Below are positions 23,151 through 31,237 of a stretch of DNA of 32,000 nucleotides, piece after piece. Every line of letters begins with the position of its first letter. Position 1 is the stretch's first letter. Source of the DNA: Winslowiella arboricola (GTDB lineage: Bacteria > Pseudomonadota > Gammaproteobacteria > Enterobacterales > Enterobacteriaceae); assembly GCF_025527015.1 (NCBI RefSeq), contig NZ_JAODIM010000043.1, forward strand, positions 1,241,862-1,273,861, in the 5' to 3' direction. A program made the translations under genes and the position numbers. The notes below the pieces were generated by a model. That model ran no database searches. It worked only from the letters and a program-made list of their open reading frames with translations, and was not told where the DNA came from.

Positions 23151-23501
23151 GTGCAGCTAACACCTCGTCAGACAGAGGCGGTATCGCTATGCCCGGAAGA
23201 AAGCAGAGCGCGCCTGATAAGGATGTATGAATCAGATAACCGCATGGAGGCGCAGAAACAGGAAGTTTTGGCTGGCGTGGTGGCTGCATGGTCGGCGGCT
23301 AAACGCGGCGAACAGCATGACCGGCTTAACCAGATGAAGATTAAAACGAAGAGGAAGCGGACTTCCCTGCTGGCGCTCGAATCATCCTTCTGGCCTAAGC
23401 AGCCGAAAATCATCGTCACTGACCCGGCAGAAATCCGAGAAGTTTACTCCGATTACACAGACCGACGCTTTGGTTTGGGTGGCGCCGCAAGGCAGGAATA
23501 A
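23151..23501 (+). CDS. Hypothetical protein (about 116 aa); start uncertain
   Basis: GTG 23151 has an AGGAAA motif upstream. The track start at 23040 would overlap the erf 3' end. Confidence 0.5.
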   Translation: MQLTPRQTEAVSLCPEESRARLIRMYESDNRMEAQKQEVLAGVVAAWSAAKRGEQHDRLNQMKIKTKRKRTSLLALESSFWPKQPKIIVTDPAEIREVYSDYTDRRFGLGGAARQE

Positions 23502-23511
23502 GGAGATAGTC

Positions 23512-23925
23512 ATGCGAAAAATAGCCATGTATCGCCGTGGCCGTGGCTGCCCCAATGACGGGCTAAGGGAGAAAGTAGCCTGGCAACTCAGCAAAGTCCC
23601 AATGACCGGCAAGGAGCTGGCCGCGATATTCAGGATGGAACCGCGCGAGTTGCATAAAGCCTTAGGCTCTCACTTTGACCGCACCAAAGTAGCCACAATA
23701 ACCGCCACCGAATGGACTACCGACAGCGAAGGGAATCGCGACCGAACCTACACCCTCACCGCCAGCCCTAAACGCATCGCGCCAAAAGTCACCCCGAAGA
23801 AAACTATCGTCGTCAGCTGGAAAGCATTTGCTGAATCGGGCGAAGAGCAGCGTCAGGAAAATATTCTGGCAGCACAGCGGCGTGCGCGATTGATAAAGGC
23901 TGGACTATGGATAACGGAGCTATGA
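23512..23925 (+). CDS. Hypothetical protein (137 aa)
   Basis: Start set at ATG 23512 (AAGGAG SD). Confidence 0.65.
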   Translation: MRKIAMYRRGRGCPNDGLREKVAWQLSKVPMTGKELAAIFRMEPRELHKALGSHFDRTKVATITATEWTTDSEGNRDRTYTLTASPKRIAPKVTPKKTIVVSWKAFAESGEEQRQENILAAQRRARLIKAGLWITEL

Positions 23926-23926
23926 G

Positions 23927-24088
23927 ATGAGTAAAGAATGCGAAAATTGCGGATGCAGAATCCGCTCTGGTTACTGCACGAACTGTCAGGAAGAGGCGTA
24001 TATCGCTTTTGCGCAGGCTCCTGAAATGGAATTTAGCGAAGGGTTTATGGATAAGGCGTGGGAGCAGCAGAAGGAAGCCAGCCGATGA
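23927..24088 (+). CDS. Small Cys-rich (zinc-ribbon-like) protein, 53 aa (not in the ORF track)
   Basis: MSKECENCGCRIRSGYCTNCQEE... GGAG SD and an ATGA overlap with the next gene. Confidence 0.55.
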   Translation: MSKECENCGCRIRSGYCTNCQEEAYIAFAQAPEMEFSEGFMDKAWEQQKEASR

Positions 24089-24477
24089 AAATAACCGAAC
24101 ACAAAATGCGCGGAATAATCCTCGGGAAAGCGCTACCTGGCGACATCAAGGTTAGCGAAGGCATCCCGGCTTATCTGGTACGTAAGTTCGCCGAGTTGCA
24201 TCAGCAGGTTCAGGCGCTGGAAGCTGAGCGTGACTCAGCCACATTGCAGTTTGACTGTATGCAGGACCAGATTAATTTTCACTCTGAAAAGGTGGGGAAT
24301 CTGGTTGAGGCGCAGCGCGCCGAAGTGGGCGAATTGTCTATGCAAATTCGACGTTTAGTCCACGCGCTAAAAATATCCAACCCAGACAATAGCTTGCTAA
24401 AGTCAGTGCCGGACTACATGAAAAGGAAGGGTTACTGGAAAATCACCGACTGTTTGCGCGCGGGAGAGCAGCCATGA
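24085..24477 (+). CDS. Hypothetical coiled-coil protein (130 aa)
   Basis: Start set at ATG 24085 (ATGA coupling). Confidence 0.65.
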   Translation: MKITEHKMRGIILGKALPGDIKVSEGIPAYLVRKFAELHQQVQALEAERDSATLQFDCMQDQINFHSEKVGNLVEAQRAEVGELSMQIRRLVHALKISNPDNSLLKSVPDYMKRKGYWKITDCLRAGEQP

Positions 24478-24677
24478 GCAAGCTTGCAAAAGGCAAGGTC
24501 AGGATTGAGGTTTGCCACAGCCAGTCTGGGGGCTTCTCCCTCTGCATTGGCGATGATAATACCGGTCATCGCCTTGCAGGCGGGAAAGTTGGTGGCATGG
24601 AAACTGTTCACACCTTCACTGTAGACGCCGAGGAGTTGATTGAACAAGCTGCTGCTTACGGGAAGGTGAAACCATGA
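24474..24677 (+). CDS. Hypothetical protein (67 aa)
   Basis: ATGA-coupled at both ends. Confidence 0.6.
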   Translation: MSKLAKGKVRIEVCHSQSGGFSLCIGDDNTGHRLAGGKVGGMETVHTFTVDAEELIEQAAAYGKVKP

Positions 24678-24940
24678 CCGAAGAAAAACGCCTGGCGTTG
24701 ATTGCTGATGCCAAAGAGGAAATTACTCAAATACAGAAATGCCTTACCACATACGGCAAAGGCTGGGTTGCGTATCATGAAAGCAAGCTGGAGCGCCAGC
24801 AAATCGCCCTGTCAGCGCTTCAGGCTGAGCCGGTTGCGTTGCCTCACCCTTACCTCTATGCAGACGATAAGGAAGGCTACCTGACACGCATAATGGCAGC
24901 ACTTAAGGCGGCCAATATCCCTTACAAGGTGGCAGAATGA
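24674..24940 (+). CDS. Hypothetical protein (88 aa)
   Basis: ATGA-coupled ORF. Confidence 0.6.
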   Translation: MTEEKRLALIADAKEEITQIQKCLTTYGKGWVAYHESKLERQQIALSALQAEPVALPHPYLYADDKEGYLTRIMAALKAANIPYKVAE

Positions 24941-25047
24941 CCACAATCGCCATCATCGCCTTAGTCTTCCCTGCTGCCTATCTTCTCGGCTTCATACATG
25001 GTGGTTTATACACTCACCAGAAGATGAAAAAGCAGATTAAGCATTAG
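24937..25047 (+). CDS. 36-aa hydrophobic single-TM peptide (not in the ORF track)
   Basis: MTTIAIIALVFPAAYLLGFIHGGLYTHQKMKKQIKH. ATGA overlap with the upstream stop. Confidence 0.45.
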   Translation: MTTIAIIALVFPAAYLLGFIHGGLYTHQKMKKQIKH

Positions 25048-25098
25048 CAAACATGCCGCCGAGAGCGGTTTTTTACGCCCAAAATCGAGGAGTTACCC

Positions 25099-25317
25099 AT
25101 GAACTACGCCGATCCGGTAGATGAAGCAGCAGCCCTCGCAGAGCTGCAAATTGAGATTGCACTCAGGAACAAGAAGCCAGCGCCGCCGCCGTCACCGGTC
25201 TGTTTGAATGGCGATTGCGGCGAGAAGTCGCTTACCGGCACAAGCTATTGCTGCCCTGAATGCCGGGAAGATCATGAGCGCGAACTGTGGGCGATTAGCC
25301 AGCGGAGAGTGGCATAA
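25099..25317 (+). CDS. Zinc-ribbon protein (possibly TraR/DksA-like)
   Basis: CLNGDCGEKSLTGTSYCCPEC supplies four or five Cys ligands near the C-terminus. GAGGAG SD. Confidence 0.6.
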   Translation: MNYADPVDEAAALAELQIEIALRNKKPAPPPSPVCLNGDCGEKSLTGTSYCCPECREDHERELWAISQRRVA

Positions 25318-25331
25318 CGGAGTGAAGGAGC

Positions 25332-25547
25332 ATGACGCCAGAGCAGAGTAATGCTTTGCGCGCTGTCGCCCGGCAGTGCAATCAGGAAATCAAAGACGCC
25401 ATTAAGGCCAATCCCAAAGTTAACCGCGACGACATCAGCAGACCAATCATTCAGGCGCACTATAAGCGGATCGAGCCGGTATATCGGTTCGTCGATTTGC
25501 TGTGGTGCATTGGCGTGCTTAATGGCGTTCTGAAGGAGAGATTATGA
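25332..25547 (+). CDS. Hypothetical protein (71 aa)
   Basis: AAGGAG SD and an ATGA overlap with the methyltransferase gene. Confidence 0.6.
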   Translation: MTPEQSNALRAVARQCNQEIKDAIKANPKVNRDDISRPIIQAHYKRIEPVYRFVDLLWCIGVLNGVLKERL

Positions 25548-26020
25548 CCGAAATTAGCATTCTGGATATGTGCTGTGGTTCCCGCATGTTCTGGATGGAT
25601 AAGAAGGATAGCCGGGCAGTTTTCGCCGATAAGCGAGACGAGTCGCATATTCTTTGCGATGGTCGCGCGCTGCAAATTAGCCCGGACGTTATTTCAGACT
25701 TTCGACACCTGCCCTTTGCCGATGGCTCTTTTGCACAGGTGGTCTTCGATCCGCCGCACCTTGAACGCGCCGGGGAAAATAGCTGGATGCGTAAAAAATA
25801 TGGCGCCCTTGATAAATCAACGTGGCGGGATGACATCCGCGCCGGGTTCAATGAAGCATTCCGCGTGTTGCGGCCACACGGCACTTTGATATTCAAATGG
25901 AATGAAACGCAGATACCGGTAAGCCAGGTGATCGCCCTTACTGACCAGAAACCGACTATCTGGCAACGCACCGGCAAAGCCGATAAAACGCACTGGGTAA
26001 TTTTCCTGAAAGCATCATGA
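25544..26020 (+). CDS. Small orphan SAM-dependent DNA methyltransferase (DPPH motif)
   Basis: The motif I-like segment is ILDMCCGS and the motif IV-like segment is VVFDPPH. No cognate endonuclease lies nearby. Confidence 0.75.
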   Translation: MTEISILDMCCGSRMFWMDKKDSRAVFADKRDESHILCDGRALQISPDVISDFRHLPFADGSFAQVVFDPPHLERAGENSWMRKKYGALDKSTWRDDIRAGFNEAFRVLRPHGTLIFKWNETQIPVSQVIALTDQKPTIWQRTGKADKTHWVIFLKAS

Positions 26021-26091
26021 TCACCCTTCCCCACATTCTCATAGCTGCAGTAATCGTAATCATCATCTGGGCGTTATTCGCCAGACTTTAA
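26017..26091 (+). CDS. 24-aa hydrophobic micropeptide (speculative)
   Basis: MITLPHILIAAVIVIIIWALFARL. ATGA overlap with the methyltransferase stop. Confidence 0.3.
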   Translation: MITLPHILIAAVIVIIIWALFARL

Positions 26092-26103
26092 TCAGAGGTA
26101 AAA

Positions 26104-26355
26104 ATGGACCGATATAATGTTGAGCCTGAGCAGGCGCGGCTAATGCTCACCCATTACGGTGAAAAATATGACCGTGTCATCTACGAAGCAGAGCGCCGAA
26201 AGATAACCGGCATTTGCCGCACCTACTCGTACTATCTGGAGCAGGATGGAAAATATCCGGCACGTCGCATGTATGGCAAAAAATGCGGATGGCTGTTGTC
26301 AGAATTATTGCACTGGGTTCACAATCAACCCATGGCGGACTTACGGGCCGCGTAG
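26104..26355 (+). CDS. xis: AlpA-family excisionase/regulator
   Basis: The C-terminal ...YPARRMYGKKCGWLLSELLHWVHNQP matches the AlpA pattern (F/YP.....G....W...E...W). It converges on int with a 31-nt overlap. Confidence 0.7.
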   Translation: MDRYNVEPEQARLMLTHYGEKYDRVIYEAERRKITGICRTYSYYLEQDGKYPARRMYGKKCGWLLSELLHWVHNQPMADLRAA

Positions 26356-27569
26356 GTGTTCAATAAAACAACGTTCTCAGCATTCCCGCCCAGCAACTCT
26401 AACCTTTCCAACCAAACCTCCATAGCCCGCCTTTTCTCTGGTATATACTGGCTGCGATTATATACAGCCATTATGCCGCCAAGTCTGTGCCCGATCAGCT
26501 GCTCTACCACATGGGGGGCGATGCCAAGATCATTCATTTTGGTTGAAAAGGTGCGGCGGAGGTCGTGAGGTGTCCATGGATCATCGTGCCCCAGTCGGGC
26601 GTAAATGTGCCTGCACATCTGGCTCACAGCCTCGCCCGATTTTAACTCTCCGAGTATCAGGTCGTCCCGGCCAGCATCGCCCTTCAATTCTTTAAGCCAC
26701 GAAACTATGCCATCAGGTATTGGCCGGATGATCTCTTCACTGTTTTTGCTGTGCAATACAGGAACCGTCCACAAAGATTCATCAAAGTCCCATTCTTTCC
26801 AGGTTGATAGTCTTACCTCTTGGGTGCGAGAACCAAATAAGGCAAGTAGCTTAAGCGTCCTGCTATGGTAAGGCGTTATTCCTTCGGAGTTAACAGCGCG
26901 CCACAATTCGCCAAGCTCTTTATCCTTAAGCGTTCTGGCCCTCCTGCTTGCCATCTTTCCAACATCCGGCACCGAAAGCAGATCCAAGGCCTCAGAGACT
27001 GCATAATTTCTTACCCTGCAAAATTTCATAGCCTGCTTAGCTGCAACCAGTATCGTTCCAGATGCCACCGGATATTTTCTTTTTACACGGTCTAAGCACG
27101 TCAGCCAGTGACGTGTTTCGGTATCCTTAAGTGGCATGTCGCCAATAAATGGATAAATGTGTTTAGAGAACTGCGCGCGCCGATCCTTCTCGTCGGAGCG
27201 ATTTGTTGCTGCATATTCAGTTAGCCAGTATTCCAGAGCATCTTTTACAGTGACCGGCGTAAGCCTCTCGTCTCTGCTTTCTTTAATCTTCGCCTTTGGA
27301 TTGTGTCCGTCAGCAAGCCACGTCCGGCATTCATCCCTTTTTTCTCTTGCCAGCTTAAGGCTGACGTCCGGGTAGGCGCCAAGAGAAATGCGCTCAAGCG
27401 GGCTTCCCCTCCCACCCAAGCGGTAAGCATAAACCCAGCTGACATGACCAGACTTACTGACCCGGATTGATAATCCTTTGCCATCGGCCACGGTTATTTC
27501 TTTTTCCCTCGGGCTACCAAGGTAGGTTTTGAGCTTCTTATCGCTTAATTTATTGATCTCACCCATCAC
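26325..27569 (-). CDS. int: Tyrosine integrase, P4-type (DUF4102 N-terminal domain)
   Basis: The N-terminal LSDKKLK......ADGKGLSIRVSKSGHVSWVYAYRLGG fits the DUF4102 arm-binding domain. The catalytic region contains HDLRRT, LIGH and a C-terminal Y in VYNRSQY. Confidence 0.92.
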   Translation of the reverse strand: MMGEINKLSDKKLKTYLGSPREKEITVADGKGLSIRVSKSGHVSWVYAYRLGGRGSPLERISLGAYPDVSLKLAREKRDECRTWLADGHNPKAKIKESRDERLTPVTVKDALEYWLTEYAATNRSDEKDRRAQFSKHIYPFIGDMPLKDTETRHWLTCLDRVKRKYPVASGTILVAAKQAMKFCRVRNYAVSEALDLLSVPDVGKMASRRARTLKDKELGELWRAVNSEGITPYHSRTLKLLALFGSRTQEVRLSTWKEWDFDESLWTVPVLHSKNSEEIIRPIPDGIVSWLKELKGDAGRDDLILGELKSGEAVSQMCRHIYARLGHDDPWTPHDLRRTFSTKMNDLGIAPHVVEQLIGHRLGGIMAVYNRSQYIPEKRRAMEVWLERLELLGGNAENVVLLNTYAARKSAMG

Positions 27570-27599
27570 TGCCTCGCGCGTGATATACGCCGTGATACA

Positions 27600-27720
27600 C
27601 GATTTAGTGAAAGATGATGAACGACAGTGATTGCTGGTGACAAGTTATTTTGTGAAATGTGTTGGTTTGGCGGGATTTGGTGCGATGAGATATGAATGGT
27701 GGTGATCTGTGGTGAATAGT
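27600..27720 (+). repeat. Cluster of same-orientation (T/A)GTGA motifs upstream of int (possible arm-type or regulatory sites)
   Basis: TAGTGAA, CAGTGAT, TGGTGAC, TTGTGAA, TGGTGCG, TGGTGAT and TGGTGAA all occur within about 120 bp. Confidence 0.3.
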
Positions 27721-28134
27721 TAGTTAGAGTTACCACCGCTTTCTAAAGCAAGCTTTCGGGGTCCTGATACAATGTTGTCAGGACCTATAAAATCCTCTGT
27801 TCCAACCTTCATTACGCTGCGTTCCACCTCCCTGCTTAATTGCCACGCCCACGGTGACATCCTTATTAACCAACTGAGTTACTTGAATATTTTACTCTTT
27901 GTAAAAAAAAGATCATTTTATTGCTCTCCGCTCTGGCCTGGATAAGATAAGCGCCATCAAACCGTACTCAATGGCAGTAACGGTGATAATTTTTCTGTAC
28001 GCCCTGTTTTTCAGTGGAGAGATAGCGATGACAAGAAAGGAAGTGGCGGGTAAAATATGCGCAGTAATCTGACGATATCAACAGTAAGTAACTGGAAGGT
28101 CGCAAAACATAGCCGGGATGGCGGAGGGTATAGC

Positions 28135-28488
28135 ATGGAATCCAGAGTGACAAGGTTTGAGTCAGATGTCAGACATATCAATACTACCCTGACGGATATG
28201 AAGCAGGATATTCGTGAGCTTCGTTCTGATGTTAAGACATTAGAAGAAAAGATGGATAACAAGTTTGATGCAATGGACACCAAATTCAGTGCCAGGTTTG
28301 ATGCAATGGACACCAAATTCAGCGCCATGTTTGATGCAATGAATACGCGGTTTGATTCATTCCAGGGGCGGTTTGATTCATTGCAGGGGCGGTTTGATTC
28401 ATTCCAGAGATGGTTATTGGGCATCCTGTTAACATCTTTAATTATCCCTGTGGTTATCGCGTTAATAACCCCGCTTATCACAAAGTAA
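28135..28488 (+). CDS. Tail-anchored coiled-coil repeat protein (DUF1640-like), 117 aa
   Basis: Start set at ATG 28135 (GGAGGG SD 7 nt upstream); the alternative is ATG 28057. It has FDAMDTKFSA(R/M) and FDS(F/L)QGR repeats followed by a C-terminal TM helix (WLLGILLTSLIIPVVIALITPLI). Confidence 0.7.
   Translation: MESRVTRFESDVRHINTTLTDMKQDIRELRSDVKTLEEKMDNKFDAMDTKFSARFDAMDTKFSAMFDAMNTRFDSFQGRFDSLQGRFDSFQRWLLGILLTSLIIPVVIALITPLITK
28264..28413 (+). repeat. In-frame tandem repeats: 33-nt unit x about 2.6, then 21-nt unit x 3
   Basis: 33-nt units lie at 28264-28296 and 28297-28329, with a partial unit at 28330-28350. 21-nt units lie at 28351-71, 28372-92 and 28393-413. Confidence 0.9.
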
Positions 28489-28527
28489 TTACTCTCGCCT
28501 GCACAGCCTCTCAGCTCCAGAAACGAA

Positions 28528-28550
28528 AACCTCCGCGCTTAGCGGAGGTT
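28528..28550 (-). terminator. rmf terminator, placed between convergent genes
   Basis: On the - strand: AACCTCCGC-taagc-GCGGAGGTT followed by TTCGTTTCT. Confidence 0.75.
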
Positions 28551-28577
28551 AACTTCCTTAAAACAGTGGACAGCCAG

Positions 28578-28748
28578 TTACGCTGCAGTAACCGCCCTGT
28601 CCTCCATGGCTTGTCGCCAACCTCCCAACCAGTGAGATCGTTGATCAATCAACTGATAGGGACACATCTCTTTTGAGCGTCCAGAGATCCCCGCTTGATA
28701 ACCCCGTGAATGCGCGCGATCCAGGCGATCACGTTTCTGTCTCTTCAT
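28578..28748 (-). CDS. rmf: Ribosome modulation factor
   Basis: My translation of the - strand gives MKRQKRDRLDRAHSRGYQAGISGRSKEMCPYQLIDQRSHWLGGWRQAMEDRAVTAA. This is near-identical to E. coli Rmf and lies next to pqiC as in E. coli. At 56 aa it falls below the ORF-track cutoff. Confidence 0.92.
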   Translation of the reverse strand: MKRQKRDRLDRAHSRGYQAGISGRSKEMCPYQLIDQRSHWLGGWRQAMEDRAVTAA

Positions 28749-28949
28749 CATGCCTCGTTTCCCTCATTTTAGGTCTGCTGGAATTTGGTATCAAAGAAAA
28801 CAGTGGTTACAGAATGTGCAGCCACACTTAAGTTCTACATTCTTAAACTGGAAAGATCAATGCGCAATATTCACGCCAATGTCATAAATGTGAGCTAAAA
28901 TTATAAATTCCGCCAGGCTGTTGAATCACAAATACTCTTTTTATCTCAC

Positions 28950-29011
28950 TGAAAAAACAAATAAAAAGTCCCTGATCCTCAGACAATGCTGCTATCTGAC
29001 AATCAAGGACT
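28950..29011 (-). terminator. Probable pqiABC operon terminator
   Basis: A long imperfect hairpin (AGTCCTTGAT...ATCAGGGACT) followed by TTTTTATTTGTTTTTT on the - strand, 17 nt after the pqiC stop. Confidence 0.6.
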
Positions 29012-29027
29012 TAGCACTAAAGAAAAA

Positions 29028-29597
29028 TTACTTCTGATTTAAGCGTGATAATTCATTAGCGATTTGCTGCGCTTCCTGCTGCCATCCTTTAGCCAGCGTT
29101 CTTACTAACGCATCGTAACCATCTTCATTTTGCGGCAGAGAAAGCTGGAATGGGCGCTTAATCAACTGGTTGTTATGTTGCAAAATCCACTCACCACTGA
29201 CGATAACATTACCATCGTAGCGGCCATGGAAACCGCTGACATTAACATTTAGCGTGTCATGCTGCTCGCCGAGGGGAGAGGCGGAAACAATCCACTGCGG
29301 CAATGCGGCGCTGAGATTGCTGACCAGCGTCTGCTGCAACTGTTGATCCAGTGGGCTGGCCCACAGGTTATTCGCGGCGATAACGTACTGCACATCGCTG
29401 GTCTGATAGACCACACCATTCCCCGCCAGATAATCCGGTACCGAAACATGCTCCACCCACAGCACTGCCTGCGGGCTGTCGCTACTGCTGGCAGACTGGC
29501 CGGCGGCGGTGGCCGGCAGTTGATAGTAAGTGGTCTCTGGCGTACTGCTACAGGCGCTTAACGCCAGCGCCATCGCCAGCGGGATCCATTTCATCAT
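29028..29597 (-). CDS. pqiC: Intermembrane transport lipoprotein PqiC (YmbA)
   Basis: Lipobox LALSAC; size and position immediately after pqiB. Confidence 0.9.
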   Translation of the reverse strand: MMKWIPLAMALALSACSSTPETTYYQLPATAAGQSASSSDSPQAVLWVEHVSVPDYLAGNGVVYQTSDVQYVIAANNLWASPLDQQLQQTLVSNLSAALPQWIVSASPLGEQHDTLNVNVSGFHGRYDGNVIVSGEWILQHNNQLIKRPFQLSLPQNEDGYDALVRTLAKGWQQEAQQIANELSRLNQK

Positions 29598-31237
29598 TAT
29601 TTCGCCCTCTTCGGCTGTGGGTCCTGACCGGGTTTCGCTTCAAACACCAGCGCATTGCTCTTACTGTTCAGGGTCTTCAGTACCGGTTGCAGTTCACGCA
29701 TGACCTGGTCAAGACGCTGCATATCACCCACCATTTTACTGTAAGCCGGTGAACCTGGCTGGAAGCCCTTCATACTGCGATTGAGTTCACGCAGCGTCTG
29801 CTGCATATCCTGTGGCAGATCCTTCATCGACTGACTGGAGGTGATCTGATTCAGGTTATCCAGCGTTTTCTGCAGTTCGCGTAGCGTGCGCTGGCTTTCT
29901 GCCAGAGTGCCGGTCGCTTCATTGATCATCGGGTTCAACGGCAACGCGTTGACCTTATCCAGTGCCGCCATCAGTTTCTGCTGAATCTGACTCAGGCCAC
30001 CGCTGGTGGTCGGGATAATCTCATAGCCGCCAATCTTATTCGGCCCGGTGTAAGGCTTGATGCCATCGTAGAAGTCGAGATCGATATACAGTGAACCGGT
30101 CAGCAGGTTAGCGGATTTCAGCGATGCCCGCAGTCCGCGCTGCTTGCCTTCCTGCAGATGCTGTTCAAGATTGAAATCCTCGCCTAAACGGTTGAGGAAG
30201 CGCTCAGGTTCAATGCGGATCAGCACCGGAATGCGATAATCGGTATTCAGCTTCTGATTAGTGCCCGGCACCAGGAACGGTACCTGCGCCACCGTGCCGA
30301 GACGAATGCCACGGAATTCTACCGGCGCGCCCGGCTGCAGGCCGCGGATCGAATCACTAAAGAACATGACAAAATCGACATGATCGGTGTAGAGCGAATC
30401 CTGGATACTGCGCTGGTCGTCGAACAGCTGGTATTCAGCATTGTTTTCCGCCGGCACACCCAGTTCCCGGCCATCCGGGATATCAAAGCTGACGCCGCCG
30501 CTAAACAGCGTGGTCAGAGAGCCCATCTCCACCCGCATGCCGGAGGCAGACATATCAACGGCAATACCGCTGTCTTTCCAGAAACGCACATTACTGGTGA
30601 TCAGGCGATCGTAAGGCGCGGCGATAAACAGCTGATAACGCATCGCACGCTTGTCCGCATCGAATTTGCTGGTCTCCACAGAACCCACGCGATAGCCGCG
30701 GAACAGCACCGGATCGCCCGCATTCAGCTGGCCCGCTTTATTACTGTCGAGCGTAATGCGGATACCTTTCGCATCGGGTGGCGCCAGCGGTGGCGCGTCG
30801 AGCAGGTCATAGCGCTCGGGCTGCTCACCCTGATTACCGGGCTGCAGTTCGATATAAGCGCCAGAAAGCAGCGTGCCCAGACCGGTCACGCCTTCGCTAC
30901 CGATCTGCGGCTTCACTACCCAAAAGGCGCTATCGCCATGCAGTAGCTTCTCCATGCCGGAATTCAGGCGGGCTTTAATTTCAACGTGTTTCAGATCGTC
31001 GCTCAGTACCGCACTCTCGACGACGCCGACATTGACGCTACGACTTTTAATCGCAGTTTTTCCACCTTCAATGCCTTCAGCATTGGTGGTGATAAGGGTA
31101 ACTTCCGGCCCCTGATGGCTGAAGTGATAAAACAGGATCCACGCCCCAATCAGTATGGTGACAATGGGAATGATCCAGACGGGCGACCAGCGTTTGATCT
31201 GCTCGACTTTGGCGACGCCGTGATTATTTTCCGTCAA
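29597..31237 (-). CDS. pqiB: Intermembrane transport protein PqiB (multi-MCE domain)
   Basis: High similarity to E. coli PqiB along its whole length. A TTG start at 31237 (AGGAG 7 nt upstream) gives 546 aa, which I recall as the E. coli length; the track GTG start at 31264 adds 9 aa. Confidence 0.92.
   Translation of the reverse strand: MTENNHGVAKVEQIKRWSPVWIIPIVTILIGAWILFYHFSHQGPEVTLITTNAEGIEGGKTAIKSRSVNVGVVESAVLSDDLKHVEIKARLNSGMEKLLHGDSAFWVVKPQIGSEGVTGLGTLLSGAYIELQPGNQGEQPERYDLLDAPPLAPPDAKGIRITLDSNKAGQLNAGDPVLFRGYRVGSVETSKFDADKRAMRYQLFIAAPYDRLITSNVRFWKDSGIAVDMSASGMRVEMGSLTTLFSGGVSFDIPDGRELGVPAENNAEYQLFDDQRSIQDSLYTDHVDFVMFFSDSIRGLQPGAPVEFRGIRLGTVAQVPFLVPGTNQKLNTDYRIPVLIRIEPERFLNRLGEDFNLEQHLQEGKQRGLRASLKSANLLTGSLYIDLDFYDGIKPYTGPNKIGGYEIIPTTSGGLSQIQQKLMAALDKVNALPLNPMINEATGTLAESQRTLRELQKTLDNLNQITSSQSMKDLPQDMQQTLRELNRSMKGFQPGSPAYSKMVGDMQRLDQVMRELQPVLKTLNSKSNALVFEAKPGQDPQPKRAK

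Larger units (their letters stand above)
1..27800. mobile_element. Lambdoid prophage with N- and Q-type antitermination. The left end lies outside the window. The right (int-proximal) end is somewhere around 27.6-28.0 kb.
   Basis: Gene order is colinear with lambda: packaging/head, lysis, Q, nin, replication, cII, cro, cI, N, recombination, xis, int. It is followed by the conserved host genes rmf-pqiCBA. The exact att core could not be defined because the other end is off-window. Confidence 0.85.

Noticed and set aside
25519-26034. Track ORF 25519..26034 (-), 171 aa, and + strand frame 25575..25889
   Set aside because: They overlap the methyltransferase gene, which has recognisable motifs and translational coupling. 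The alternatives have no SD and are Arg/Ser/Cys-rich.
28264-28413. A regular short-repeat array that could look like a CRISPR or a satellite
   Set aside because: The repeats are contiguous with no spacers. They are multiples of 3 nt, in frame, and encode an 11-mer/7-mer coiled-coil pattern inside a well-supported CDS.
27968-28481. Track ORFs 28011..28481 (-) and 27968..28153 (-)
   Set aside because: They are antisense shadows of the repeat gene and its AT-rich leader. The repetitive sequence keeps the opposite frame open, and neither has an SD.
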